Source of the DNA: Candidatus Binatia bacterium
GTDB lineage: Bacteria > Desulfobacterota > Binatia > UBA9968 > JAJDTQ01
NCBI GenBank assembly: GCA_963666515.2
Contig: OY762897.2
Coordinates: 3,488,001 to 3,552,000, forward strand
Direction of reading: 5' to 3'
Length of the DNA: 64,000 nucleotides
Each line of letters opens with the position of its first letter. Position 1 is the stretch's first letter. A program made the translations under genes and the position numbers. The notes beneath the pieces were generated by a model. That model saw only the letters and a list, made by a program, of their open reading frames with translations, was not told the DNA's origin and did no database searches. Of this stretch, positions 47,610 to 59,580 are shown piece by piece.

Positions 47610-48731
47610 CTACACCTGGGGCTCCAGGATCTCCAGCCCGTCGAGCCGGTCGATGAGGTAGAGCAGCCCGTTCTCGTCGTGGAAGACGTCGTTGCTCTGG
47701 ACGGCGTTCTGCCCCTTGCCGGGCTCGGGCACGTAGTAGCCCACCTCCCTGGGTTGGTAGGGGTTGGACACGTCCACCGCGCGCAGGCCGCCGCTGAACC
47801 AAGTGACGTAGAGCACGTTGCCGTAGACCTGCTCCGCGGGCTGGTGCGCGCCGTAGCGGTCGGCGGGCTCGCCGTCGAGGTCCGGCATGAACGTGGAGAT
47901 GGGCACCGGGTGTTTCTCGTCGGAGATGTCCACCACCCACATGAAGGCGTAGGGCAGCGGGGCCGCCTTCTGGGCTTCCTCGTCCACCACCACGAGCACC
48001 TCCCGGCCCATGAGCTTCTCGGGCATGGGCAGGGTCGTGTGCGTGGGCGACGGATAGGGAGGACTCGTGTCGAAGTGGCTCACCAGCGCGGGCTTGCTCA
48101 TGTCGGAGATGTCGAGGATCACGAAGCCGCCGTGCCAGTAGCTCACGTACAGGCGGTCGCCCCGCCGGATGGGATGGTGGCAGCGGTGCATGGTGCCCGG
48201 CCAAGTCGGCTCCTCGCCGCCGGCGACCCACTGACCCGGCATCCACCAGCGGCCCACCTCCTGCGGGTTGGCCGGGTCCGCCAGGTCCAGGATCATGCAG
48301 ATGTTGCCGACGTATCCTTCCGGGACCGGGGAGAAGTAGGCGTAGCGGCCATCGAAGGTGAAACGGTGGACGCCCTTGGCCGACGCCTTGAAGAACGCGG
48401 TCTCCCGCGGCCTAGCCGGATCCGACACGTCGAAGATCTTGAGGCCTCCTTGCGCGTCCTGGTTGTTCTCGTACCGTTCGTAGTTGACGATCATCACGCC
48501 GTCGCTCACCGCGGCCTTGTGGGAATGGATGCCGGGGGGCACGTCGAGCTGGGCCACGAGCCTGGGATTCTTCGGATCGCGCACGTCGATGACGGAAGTG
48601 CCGTGAGGCGGGTCCATGTGCCCCACGTAGGCGAAGCCGTTGTCCACCTCGATCTTGCCGCCGCCGGGCAGGTCCATGCGGCTCACCTGCCTGATCTTGC
48701 TGGCCGTGCCGAATCCGTTGCCTGTCGCCAT
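47610..48731 (-). CDS. LVIVD-repeat beta-propeller protein
   Basis: Repeated V/I-I-D-V-S-D-P units (SVIDVRDPKNP, KIFDVSDPARP, MILDLADPANP, VILDISD, RAVDVSNP); several conserved-looking His. Confidence 0.85.
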   Translation of the reverse strand: MATGNGFGTASKIRQVSRMDLPGGGKIEVDNGFAYVGHMDPPHGTSVIDVRDPKNPRLVAQLDVPPGIHSHKAAVSDGVMIVNYERYENNQDAQGGLKIFDVSDPARPRETAFFKASAKGVHRFTFDGRYAYFSPVPEGYVGNICMILDLADPANPQEVGRWWMPGQWVAGGEEPTWPGTMHRCHHPIRRGDRLYVSYWHGGFVILDISDMSKPALVSHFDTSPPYPSPTHTTLPMPEKLMGREVLVVVDEEAQKAAPLPYAFMWVVDISDEKHPVPISTFMPDLDGEPADRYGAHQPAEQVYGNVLYVTWFSGGLRAVDVSNPYQPREVGYYVPEPGKGQNAVQSNDVFHDENGLLYLIDRLDGLEILEPQV

Positions 48732-48856
48732 CGCGATTCTCCTTTCGCTAGCGAGCCCGTAGGCAGGCTCAACGCCTAAATGCACGATTCGTTGGGAAAT
48801 GGCAACGACGAAGCCCGGAATGACGTGAAGGGGGGCGTTGTGCTAGGGTGGTGCCC

Positions 48857-50311
48857 ATGAGCGAGATCCATTTCGTCGACACGACGTTGCGGGACGGACA
48901 GATGAGCCTGTGGGCCACGCGCATGCGCACCGGCATGATGCTGCCGGTTGCCGAGCGCATGGACCGGGCGGGCTTCGACGCCGCCGAGTTGATGTCCAGC
49001 ATCTTCCTCAAGAAGTGCGTCCGGGACCTCAAGGAAGACCCCTTCGAGCGCATCCGGCGGGTGAAGGAGAAGATGCCCAACACCCCGCTGCGCATGACCT
49101 CTGGGCGGTTCAACGCCTTCGAGGTGACGCCCTATTCCCTGTACCAGCTCTACCTGGAGCGCATGCGCGCCAACGGCATGTCCCAGGCCCGGATATCGGA
49201 CGAGTGGAACGATCCGGAGGGGTGGAAGCAGAAGGTGCAGACGGTGAGGGAAGCCGGGCTCGAGCCCATCATCAACCTGATCTACTCGGTGTCGCCCAAG
49301 CATACCGACGAATACTACGTCGAGCGGGTGCGCCAGGCGGCGGCCCTGGACGTGCCGCGCATCTGCCTGAAGGACCCCGGCGGCCTCATCACCCCGGACC
49401 GGGTGCGCACGCTGGTGCCGCTGGTGCTGGAGAACGTCAACGGCGCGCCGGTGGAGTTCCACACCCACTGCACCACCGGCCTGGGGCCGCTGTGCTGCGT
49501 GGAGGCCATCAAGCTTGGCATCACCATCGTCAACACCGCCATCCCGCCGCTGGCCAACGGCTCGTCCAACCCGTCGCTGTTCAACGTGGCGGCCAACGCC
49601 CGGGCGCTGGGCCACACCACCACGGTGGACGAGGAGTCCATGCAGGCGGTGTCGGAGCACTTCACCCGCATCGCCGAGCAGGAAGGCCTGCCGCCGGGCC
49701 GCCCGGTGGAGTACGACTACGGGCAGTACCTCCACCAGGTGCCCGGCGGCATGTATTCCAACCTGCGCCACCAACTGGAGAAGGTGGGCCTCGGCCACAA
49801 GTTCCACGAGGCGCTGGAGGAGTGTGGCCGCGTGCGGGAGGAGTTCGCCTACCCCATCATGGTGACGCCGCTGTCCCAGTTCGTGGGCAGCCAGGCGGCC
49901 ATCAACGTGATCGTCGGCGAACGCTACGCCCAGGTCACCGACCAGAGCATCCTCTACGCCCTGGGGCTGTGGGGCGAAGAAGGCAGCCGGCTGATGGACC
50001 CGGAGGTCAAGGACAGGATCCTGGACCGGCCGCGCGCCCGTGAGCTGGCCAAGTGGGAGCCGCCGCAGCCGTCCATCGCCGAGATCCGCAAGGGCTTCGA
50101 GCCCGGCCTCTCGGACGACGACCTGCTGCTGCGCTGGCTCGTCACCAAGGAAGAGTTCAACGCCATGCGCGAAGCCGGCCCGGCGACGCCCTACACCGGC
50201 AACGGCGTCGTGGGGCTCCTCCGGAACCTCCAGGGGCAGAAGGCCAACCACGTTTTCATCCGGAGACCGGGGCTGAGGCTGTCACTGCAGGGGTCGGCCG
50301 GGGACGCCTAG
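48857..50311 (+). CDS. Pyruvate carboxylase subunit B / oxaloacetate decarboxylase alpha-like carboxyltransferase without a biotinyl domain
   Basis: DTTLRDG, EDPFERIR, CLKDPGG, HTHCTTG, HQVPGGMYSN, YPIMVTPLSQFVGSQA; no (A/E)MKM motif. Confidence 0.88.
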   Translation: MSEIHFVDTTLRDGQMSLWATRMRTGMMLPVAERMDRAGFDAAELMSSIFLKKCVRDLKEDPFERIRRVKEKMPNTPLRMTSGRFNAFEVTPYSLYQLYLERMRANGMSQARISDEWNDPEGWKQKVQTVREAGLEPIINLIYSVSPKHTDEYYVERVRQAAALDVPRICLKDPGGLITPDRVRTLVPLVLENVNGAPVEFHTHCTTGLGPLCCVEAIKLGITIVNTAIPPLANGSSNPSLFNVAANARALGHTTTVDEESMQAVSEHFTRIAEQEGLPPGRPVEYDYGQYLHQVPGGMYSNLRHQLEKVGLGHKFHEALEECGRVREEFAYPIMVTPLSQFVGSQAAINVIVGERYAQVTDQSILYALGLWGEEGSRLMDPEVKDRILDRPRARELAKWEPPQPSIAEIRKGFEPGLSDDDLLLRWLVTKEEFNAMREAGPATPYTGNGVVGLLRNLQGQKANHVFIRRPGLRLSLQGSAGDA

Positions 50312-50336
50312 GAGCCTGTCCGGGTAGTCGAATTTT

Positions 50337-50357
50337 GGGGCGACCGCGGGTCGCCCC
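50337..50357. repeat. Family C REP-like palindrome
   Basis: GGGGCGACCGCGGGTCGCCCC, matching the copies at 9772-9842. Confidence 0.7.
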
Positions 50358-50387
50358 AGGCGCCGGTGCACGGCGGGAGGTATCCCA

Positions 50388-51464
50388 ATGACCACGAACA
50401 CGGAAGCCGAAGCATTCTACCGGGAAGTGGACGAGAAGCACTTGGTGCCGCTGTGGAACATCACCCAGGACGCCTTGCCGGCTGAGCCGCGGTCGCCGGT
50501 GAAGGCGCACCTGTGGCGTTGGGAGGACCTGCGCCGGCTGGCGCACCAAGCGGGTGACCTGGTGCCCATCGAGCGCGGCGGCGAGCGGCGCGTGCTGGGG
50601 CTGGTGAACCCGGGACTGGGCGGCAAGCACGCGGCCACTCGTACCCTGTGGGCCGCGGTGCAGATCGTCAAGCCGGGAGAGATCGCGCCGTGTCACCGGC
50701 ATTCGCCGTCGGCCATCCGCTTCATCATCGAGGGCGACCGCACCTACACCAACCTGAACGGCGACAAGTGCGTCATGGGCCGGGGCGACTTGGTGCTGAC
50801 GCCGAGCTGGGACTGGCACGACCACGGCTGTGAGTCGGACGAGCCCATGATCTGGATGGACGGGCTGGACCTGCCGCTGGTGGGGGATCTCGACGCGACC
50901 TTCTTCGAGATGTACCCGGACCACCGCTTCCCCATCACCGACGTGAACGAGTCGGAGCGGAAGTTCGGCGTGACGCACCTCCGCCCCACCTGGGAGAAAC
51001 CGCCGGAGAACCGCTCGCCGCTGCTGAACTTCAAGTGGGAGCCCACCTATGACGCCCTGCAACGCATCGGCGAGGGGCCGGCGAGCCCCCATGACGACGT
51101 CTGCTTCGAGTACCTGAACCCGAGCACCGGGGGGCCGGTGCTGCCCACCATGAGCTGCACCATCCAGATGGTGCGGCCCGGCGTCCGCACGCAGGCCCAC
51201 CGGCAGGTGCACAGCTCGGTCTACCTGGCCTTCAGTGGCAAGGGCTACTCGGTGGTCAACGGCGAGCGGTTCGACTGGGAGCAGGGCGACTTCTTCGTGG
51301 TGCCGCCCTGGGCTTGGCACGAGCACGCCAACGACACCGACGGCGAGTCCATCCTGTTCGCCATCCACGACACCCCGGTGATGAAGGCCCTTGGACTCTA
51401 CCGCGAGGAAAGCTATACAGAGGGAGACGGACACCAGGAGATCACGGCGACCTTCGAGGCATGA
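50388..51464 (+). CDS. Gentisate 1,2-dioxygenase-like bicupin
   Basis: ERRVLGLVNPGL, HRHSPSAIRF, GDLVLTPSWDWHDH, WMDGLDLP, second cupin HRQVHS...WHEH. Confidence 0.88.
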   Translation: MTTNTEAEAFYREVDEKHLVPLWNITQDALPAEPRSPVKAHLWRWEDLRRLAHQAGDLVPIERGGERRVLGLVNPGLGGKHAATRTLWAAVQIVKPGEIAPCHRHSPSAIRFIIEGDRTYTNLNGDKCVMGRGDLVLTPSWDWHDHGCESDEPMIWMDGLDLPLVGDLDATFFEMYPDHRFPITDVNESERKFGVTHLRPTWEKPPENRSPLLNFKWEPTYDALQRIGEGPASPHDDVCFEYLNPSTGGPVLPTMSCTIQMVRPGVRTQAHRQVHSSVYLAFSGKGYSVVNGERFDWEQGDFFVVPPWAWHEHANDTDGESILFAIHDTPVMKALGLYREESYTEGDGHQEITATFEA

Positions 51465-51505
51465 GCCTTCAGGGCGAACGCCCGCGAAACGCGGAAAGAC
51501 CGGAA

Positions 51506-51748
51506 ATGGCGAAGTACCTGCAATGCAGCGAGTGCGGCAAGCTGGCGTTCTACTACGACGGCTACGTCGGCACCGAGAAGCCCTTCTACCTCAAGAACAT
51601 GATCTACCCGGACGGCAGGCAGCCGGAAACGCCCCGCTGCATAAGCTGCAACGCCGTCCCCCGAATGCTCTTCGACTTCATCAAGGAAGACAAGGAGCCC
51701 CTCCCCACACCCCAGCCCACGCCGGAACCCGAATCGCCGTCCGAGTAG
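51506..51748 (+). CDS. Small hypothetical Zn-ribbon-like protein
   Basis: CSEC...CISC pair and Pro-rich tail; GC3-biased codon usage; alternative start at 51461. Confidence 0.7.
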   Translation: MAKYLQCSECGKLAFYYDGYVGTEKPFYLKNMIYPDGRQPETPRCISCNAVPRMLFDFIKEDKEPLPTPQPTPEPESPSE

Positions 51749-51771
51749 GCGGCACGGGCCTGCTACGAAAA

Positions 51772-51885
51772 TTACCGTCCGGGAAATTCTGGCTGCCCAC
51801 AGGGCATTCGAGCCATCAAGTTCCCGATCGGTAAATTACAGTTGCACTTCCGTCGGGATTCGTTTAACATTCCCGATCGGTAAAT
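51772..51885 (+). promoter_or_regulatory. hipBA promoter with repeated operators
   Basis: TTCCCGATCGGTAAAT at 51821-51836 and 51870-51885, inverted variant TTACCGTCCGGGAA at 51772-51785; TTGCAC (51842-51847), 17 bp, TAACAT (51865-51870). Confidence 0.75.
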
Positions 51886-51888
51886 CTC

Positions 51889-52131
51889 ATGCCGACTCGA
51901 ACACTCACACCCGCAGAGGTCGGCGACGTCGTCCGCACTGCCCGCAAGGCTGCGGGTCTGCGACAGTATGAGCTTGCGGGCGCCGCCGGCGTCGGTCTGC
52001 GCTTCATCGTCGATCTCGAGGCCGGAAAGCCCACCGCGCAGATCGGCAAGGCGCTCCAGGTCCTGGAGGCGCTGGGGTGTACGTTCGACATCGTGCCGCC
52101 ACCCGTGGCAAAGGGAAGGGGATCCCCGTGA
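51889..52131 (+). CDS. hipB: HipB-like (y4mF-type) XRE antitoxin
   Basis: RKAAGLRQYELAGAAGVGLRFIVDLEAGKPT HTH; overlaps the hipA start. Confidence 0.88.
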   Translation: MPTRTLTPAEVGDVVRTARKAAGLRQYELAGAAGVGLRFIVDLEAGKPTAQIGKALQVLEALGCTFDIVPPPVAKGRGSP

Positions 52132-53387
52132 GCCCGTCCCTCGACGTCTGGTGGGACCGCCGGCTTGTCGGCCGGCTCACTCAAGATCGCCATGGCGAGC
52201 TTGGCTTCGTCTACGCCGCCGGCTGGCTTCAAAGTGAAGACGCGCCGGCTCTGTCGGCGTCGCTACCCAAGCGCGCCGAACCATATTCCCGCCGTGAATG
52301 CCGTCCGTTCTTCGGCGGCCTCTTGCCCGAAGAAGGCCAGCGGCAGGCCGTGGCTCAGGCGCTCGGCGTTTCCCGTGGCAACGATTTCGCCCTCCTCGAC
52401 AAGCTCGGCGGCGACGTCGCCGGCGCGTTGCAACTGCTGCCACCCGGCGAGTCGCCTGCGGCTCCCAATACCGGGCGGCCGCCGAAGTCACTCGACGAAG
52501 CTGGCCTCATCCGCGTGCTGGATTCTCTGCCGACGCGTCCGTTACTGGCCGGTGAAGATGGTATGCGGCTTTCCCTGGCCGGTTCCCAGTCGAAGGTCCC
52601 GGTGGTCCTGGTTGAAGGGAAGGTGGCGTTGCCCTCCTCGGGGCAACCCACAACCCACATCCTCAAGCCATCGATCGCGCGTTTTCCTGGAACCACCGAG
52701 AACGAAGGCTTTGTCATGCGTCTCGCAGCAGCGGCAGGGCTCGATGTCGCCCCAGTGGAACCCCGAGCGGTACGGGACCGCCGGTTTCTTCTGGTGGCGC
52801 GCTACGACCGGTCGGTTGACGCCGACGGCCGCGCGCACCGCATCCACCAGGAAGACTTCTGCCAAGCGCTGGGGATAAACCCGGAACGGAAATACGCATC
52901 CGAAGGAGGCCCAACCCTCAAGGATTGCTTCGCGCTGGTCCGCCGGGTGTCGTTACGGCCCGCTGTGGAAGTCCTGAAGCTGCTCGACGCCGTCATCTTT
53001 AATCTGATCGTGGGAAACGCCGACGCCCACGGCAAAAACTTTTCGATCCTGTACGACGAAGGCGGACCACGCCTTGCGCCATTCTACGACCTTCTGGCGA
53101 CGGCCGCCTATCCCGAACTTTCAACCCGGATGGCGATGAAGGTGGGCAAACGCTCGACCCTCGGCGAAATGGACGACAAAGGCTGGGCGGCGTTCGCAGC
53201 CAACACAACCCTCGGCCTGCCCCTGATTCGCCGCCGGATCATCGAGATCAGCGAAGCCGTCGAGTCCCATGCAGAGGAAGTCGCCAAGGAACTGATGCAT
53301 GCCGGACTCGATGAACCGCTTCTATCGAGGATCGCCGAGCTGGTTGTCGGCCGGGCAGGCCGTTGTCGGCTCACGGTTCGGGAATAA
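52128..53387 (+). CDS. hipA: HipA-family serine/threonine kinase toxin
   Basis: LSASLP, FFGGLLPEE, SLAGSQSK, HILKP, RIHQEDFCQALG, GNADAHGKNFS, LAPFYD. Confidence 0.93.
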   Translation: MSPSLDVWWDRRLVGRLTQDRHGELGFVYAAGWLQSEDAPALSASLPKRAEPYSRRECRPFFGGLLPEEGQRQAVAQALGVSRGNDFALLDKLGGDVAGALQLLPPGESPAAPNTGRPPKSLDEAGLIRVLDSLPTRPLLAGEDGMRLSLAGSQSKVPVVLVEGKVALPSSGQPTTHILKPSIARFPGTTENEGFVMRLAAAAGLDVAPVEPRAVRDRRFLLVARYDRSVDADGRAHRIHQEDFCQALGINPERKYASEGGPTLKDCFALVRRVSLRPAVEVLKLLDAVIFNLIVGNADAHGKNFSILYDEGGPRLAPFYDLLATAAYPELSTRMAMKVGKRSTLGEMDDKGWAAFAANTTLGLPLIRRRIIEISEAVESHAEEVAKELMHAGLDEPLLSRIAELVVGRAGRCRLTVRE

Positions 53388-53432
53388 GGCCGGTGGCAAC
53401 GACTCCAACCATGCCTGTCCTGAAACCAACGT

Positions 53433-53891
53433 CTACGGCCCGCATTTCACCAGGGTGATCTGGCCGGTGTCGCGGTCGTAGGTGGCGACTCCGGTGCCGG
53501 AACCGCAGCCATCGACGACCGTGGCCTTCACGACGAAGGTGGTGGCGGTGCCGGTGGTAACCGACGGCGTCACGTTGGCGCTTTGCGCGTAGCCGTAGGT
53601 CGTCAGGTCCGTGGTCTTGGTCGTGTAGGTGTTGTTTTCCAGGAAATAGGCCTCCTGCGCGAGGGCCATGTTCTTGACGTTGGCCTGGGCGTCCGCGTCG
53701 AAGCCCTTGCGCCGGTAGGAGCCGAACTGCGGGATGGCCACCGCCGCCAGGATGCCGATGATGGCGATGACCACGAGCAGCTCGATCAGGGTAAACCCGC
53801 GCGGCCCCCGGCGGTTTCTCGGCCGTGCCTCCGCGGCGCGCTCTCCAATGGAGCCGTCCACGATGCCCTGCGTTGCGCCGACCTTTTTCAT
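53433..53891 (-). CDS. Type IV pilin (32-aa leader, 120-aa mature)
   Basis: G|FTLIELLVVIAIIGILAAVAIP prepilin site; C-terminal Cys pair. Confidence 0.92.
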   Translation of the reverse strand: MKKVGATQGIVDGSIGERAAEARPRNRRGPRGFTLIELLVVIAIIGILAAVAIPQFGSYRRKGFDADAQANVKNMALAQEAYFLENNTYTTKTTDLTTYGYAQSANVTPSVTTGTATTFVVKATVVDGCGSGTGVATYDRDTGQITLVKCGP

Positions 53892-53900
53892 CCGTGACTC

Positions 53901-55121
53901 CTATGGCGCCATGCTGCCGATCTGAAAGATCGGCAGGTACATGGAGATGACGATGCCTCCGATCACCACTCCCAGGACGATCATCAGCACCGGCTCCATC
54001 AGCGTGGTCAGCCGCACCACCGCGCGGTCCACCTCCTCCTCGTAGAACGCCGCTACCCGGTTGAGCATGGCATCGAGGGCGCCGACGCTTTCCCCCACGG
54101 CCACCATGTGGCAGACCATCGCCGGGAACAGGCCGCTGGCCGTGAGCAGCTCCGCCAGCGTCACCCCCCGCTGCAGGCCGTCCCGGGCCTCCAGGATCGC
54201 CTGCTCCAGGACCTTGTTGCCGGTGGTCCCCGCGGTGACGGTCAGGCTGTCCAGCAGCACCACGCCGGACTGGAGCAGCAGCCCGGTGTTCTGGCTGAAA
54301 CGGGCGATGGCCGACTTGCGCAGCAGGTCCCCGACGAGCGGAACCCGCAGCAGCCATCGATGCACCGAACGCAGACCCCGGTCCGTGCGGCAAGCCAGGT
54401 GAATCGCCGCGGGAACCGCCGAAAGGACCAGGACGAGAATCAGGAAGTAGTCATACAACCAGCGGCTCAGCGCGATGGTGATCTCCGTCAACGGGGGCAG
54501 GACCTGCCCCATGCCCCGGTAGACTTCGGCGAACACGGGAATCACGTGAAGGAGCAGCACGGACACCACCACCGTCGCCACGATGACGATGGCCGCGGGG
54601 TACAGCATGGCGGTCTTGACCTTCCGTTTGAGCCGGGCGGAACGCTCGATGAAGACCGCCAGCCGGGCGAGGACCTCGGCGAGGACGCCGCCGTGCTCGC
54701 CGGCGGCCACCATGCGGACGAACAGGTCGTCGAACAGCCTGGGGTGCCTGGACATGGCCGCGGTCAGGGTCATGCCGTTGGACACGTCGGACCGCACCGC
54801 CTGAAGCGCCTTGCGGACCACGCCGTTGCCGGTCTGGTCGGCGAGCACCCGCAGGCATTCGACGATGGGCACGCCGGCTTCGATCATGACGCCGAAGTTC
54901 CGCGTCAGCATGACGACGTCGTCGGCGCCGACCCTGGGCGCGAGTCCCGGGAGGGTGATCTCCCGCCGGAGTCCCGGCCCTTTCTCCCGGATGGCGGAGC
55001 GGAGCGGCCGTATCCGGCGCCGGCGAAGCTCGGCCGCGACCGCGGCCGGGTCCGCCGCCTCCATCTCCCCCCGCAGGAGCCGGCCCTCGCGGTTCCTTCC
55101 CTTCCAACGGTAGAGCGCCAT
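53901..55121 (-). CDS. pilC: Type IV pilus platform protein (T2SS F family)
   Basis: AGVPIVECL, MVAAGEHGG, AMLYP, MVAVGESVGALDAML, MYLPIF. Confidence 0.9.
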   Translation of the reverse strand: MALYRWKGRNREGRLLRGEMEAADPAAVAAELRRRRIRPLRSAIREKGPGLRREITLPGLAPRVGADDVVMLTRNFGVMIEAGVPIVECLRVLADQTGNGVVRKALQAVRSDVSNGMTLTAAMSRHPRLFDDLFVRMVAAGEHGGVLAEVLARLAVFIERSARLKRKVKTAMLYPAAIVIVATVVVSVLLLHVIPVFAEVYRGMGQVLPPLTEITIALSRWLYDYFLILVLVLSAVPAAIHLACRTDRGLRSVHRWLLRVPLVGDLLRKSAIARFSQNTGLLLQSGVVLLDSLTVTAGTTGNKVLEQAILEARDGLQRGVTLAELLTASGLFPAMVCHMVAVGESVGALDAMLNRVAAFYEEEVDRAVVRLTTLMEPVLMIVLGVVIGGIVISMYLPIFQIGSMAP

Positions 55122-55133
55122 GGGCTCACTCCT

Positions 55134-56768
55134 TCATCCGCGGCTGCGGGCGCCCTCGGGGTCCGGCTCCGTCACCCGCAGCGCCTCCTCGACGGTGGTG
55201 ACCCCCTGCCGGACCTTGCGGACCGCCGCCTGGCGCAGGGTGCGCATGCCCTTCTCCATGGCCGCGGCCTTGAGATCGGCCGCGGAACCGCCGCGCAGGA
55301 TCATCCTCCGCAGATCGTCGGTCAGGGTCATGACCTCGTAGACGGCCACGCGCCCGCGGTAACCCGTGTGTTGGCATTCCGGACAGCCGGCGCCGCGAAA
55401 GTTTTCGACGTCGCGCACCTCCTCCACCCGGCGCCCCGCCGCCGCGGGTTGCAGCGCCGCCCGCGCCTTGCACGCCTCGCACACCCGGCGCAGCAGCCGC
55501 TGGGCCGCCACCATGGTGACGGCCGACACGATCAGGTAGGGCTCCACGCCCATGTCGAGCAGGCGGTGGACGCTGGAAGGAGCGTCGTTGGTATGGAGGG
55601 TGGTCAGCACCAGGTGGCCGGTCAGCGCGGCGTTGACGGCGATGCGGGCGGTTTCGGCGTCCCGTATCTCCCCCACCATGATGATGTCGGGGTCCTGGCG
55701 CAGGAACGCCCTCAGGCAGGCGGCGAACGTCAGGCCGATCTCCCCGTGGGTCTGCACCTGGTTGATGCCGGCGAGATGGTACTCCACCGGGTCTTCCGCG
55801 GTGGAGATGTTCACTCCCGGCTGGTTCAGCTCCGACAACATGCCGTAGAGGGTGGTGGACTTGCCGCTGCCGGTGGGGCCGGTGAGCAGGATCATGCCGG
55901 CGGGCTTGCTCATGGCCTCGGTGAAACGTTGCCGGTCGCCGCCTTCCAGGCCCAGCCGGTCGAGGCCGGTCACCAAGTCGGACCGCTGCAGCAGGCGCAG
56001 CACCGCCTTCTCCCCGAAACGCGTCGGCAATACGGAAACCCGCACGTCCACCTCGCCGCCGGCGGCGTCCAGCCTCAGCCGGCCGTCCTGGGGCAGGCGG
56101 TGCTCGGCGATGTCGAGGCCGGCCATCACCTTGATGCGGGAGGTCAGGGCCAGCCTCATCTCGTCGGGCGGCGTCATCACCTCCTGGAGGATGCCGTCGA
56201 TCCTGAAGCGCACGCGGACGCTCTCGTCATACGGCTCGACGTGGATGTCGCTGGCCCCGCGCGCCACCGCGTCCTGCATCAGCGAATCCACCAGCGCCAC
56301 CACCGGCGCCTCCTCGGCCTCCTTTCGCGAAACCGCCCGGCCGGCGGAGTCGAGACGGCGGTCGAGAATCTGCTGGATGACGGACGGGCGCACCAGCACC
56401 GCCCTTACGTGGCAACCCGTCAGGAACCGGATCTCGTTCACGGCCGCGAGGTCGGCGGGGTCGCTCATGGCCACGTCGAGCGCCGAGTCCGCGCGGGACA
56501 GGGGGACCACGTGGTGTTTCCGCATGAGGGACGCCGGCAACAGCGCGAGCGCGGCGTCGTCCGGCTCGGCCTCGTCCGGCTTGGTCTCCTGGAGGCCGAA
56601 CCGCCCGGCCACGAAATCCATGAGGCGGTTCTCGTCCACGGCCCCGTCCCGGACCAGCGCCGCCAGCGGGTTCACGCCGGTCCGGCGCTGCATCGCCGCG
56701 GCGCTCTCCCGCTCCTCGCGCGTGACGACGCCCGCGCGCACCATCAAGTCTCCCAGGGACCACTCCAT
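55134..56768 (-). CDS. pilB: Type IV pilus assembly ATPase (GspE/PilB)
   Basis: ASDIHVEP, RLPQDGR, GPTGSGKSTT, LRQDPDIIMVGEIRD, TGHLVLTTLHTND, CEAC/CPEC. Confidence 0.92.
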   Translation of the reverse strand: MEWSLGDLMVRAGVVTREERESAAAMQRRTGVNPLAALVRDGAVDENRLMDFVAGRFGLQETKPDEAEPDDAALALLPASLMRKHHVVPLSRADSALDVAMSDPADLAAVNEIRFLTGCHVRAVLVRPSVIQQILDRRLDSAGRAVSRKEAEEAPVVALVDSLMQDAVARGASDIHVEPYDESVRVRFRIDGILQEVMTPPDEMRLALTSRIKVMAGLDIAEHRLPQDGRLRLDAAGGEVDVRVSVLPTRFGEKAVLRLLQRSDLVTGLDRLGLEGGDRQRFTEAMSKPAGMILLTGPTGSGKSTTLYGMLSELNQPGVNISTAEDPVEYHLAGINQVQTHGEIGLTFAACLRAFLRQDPDIIMVGEIRDAETARIAVNAALTGHLVLTTLHTNDAPSSVHRLLDMGVEPYLIVSAVTMVAAQRLLRRVCEACKARAALQPAAAGRRVEEVRDVENFRGAGCPECQHTGYRGRVAVYEVMTLTDDLRRMILRGGSAADLKAAAMEKGMRTLRQAAVRKVRQGVTTVEEALRVTEPDPEGARSRG

Positions 56769-56865
56769 AGGCTTGCTCCGACGCGAATTCCCCTGAAATG
56801 GTTAATCGGCGTCTGCGCGCAAACCTATAGCGGAAATCTGTAGGGGACGGTCGTGGGGATCGAAC

Positions 56866-59579
<2,714 letters not shown>

Positions 59580-59580
<1 letters not shown>

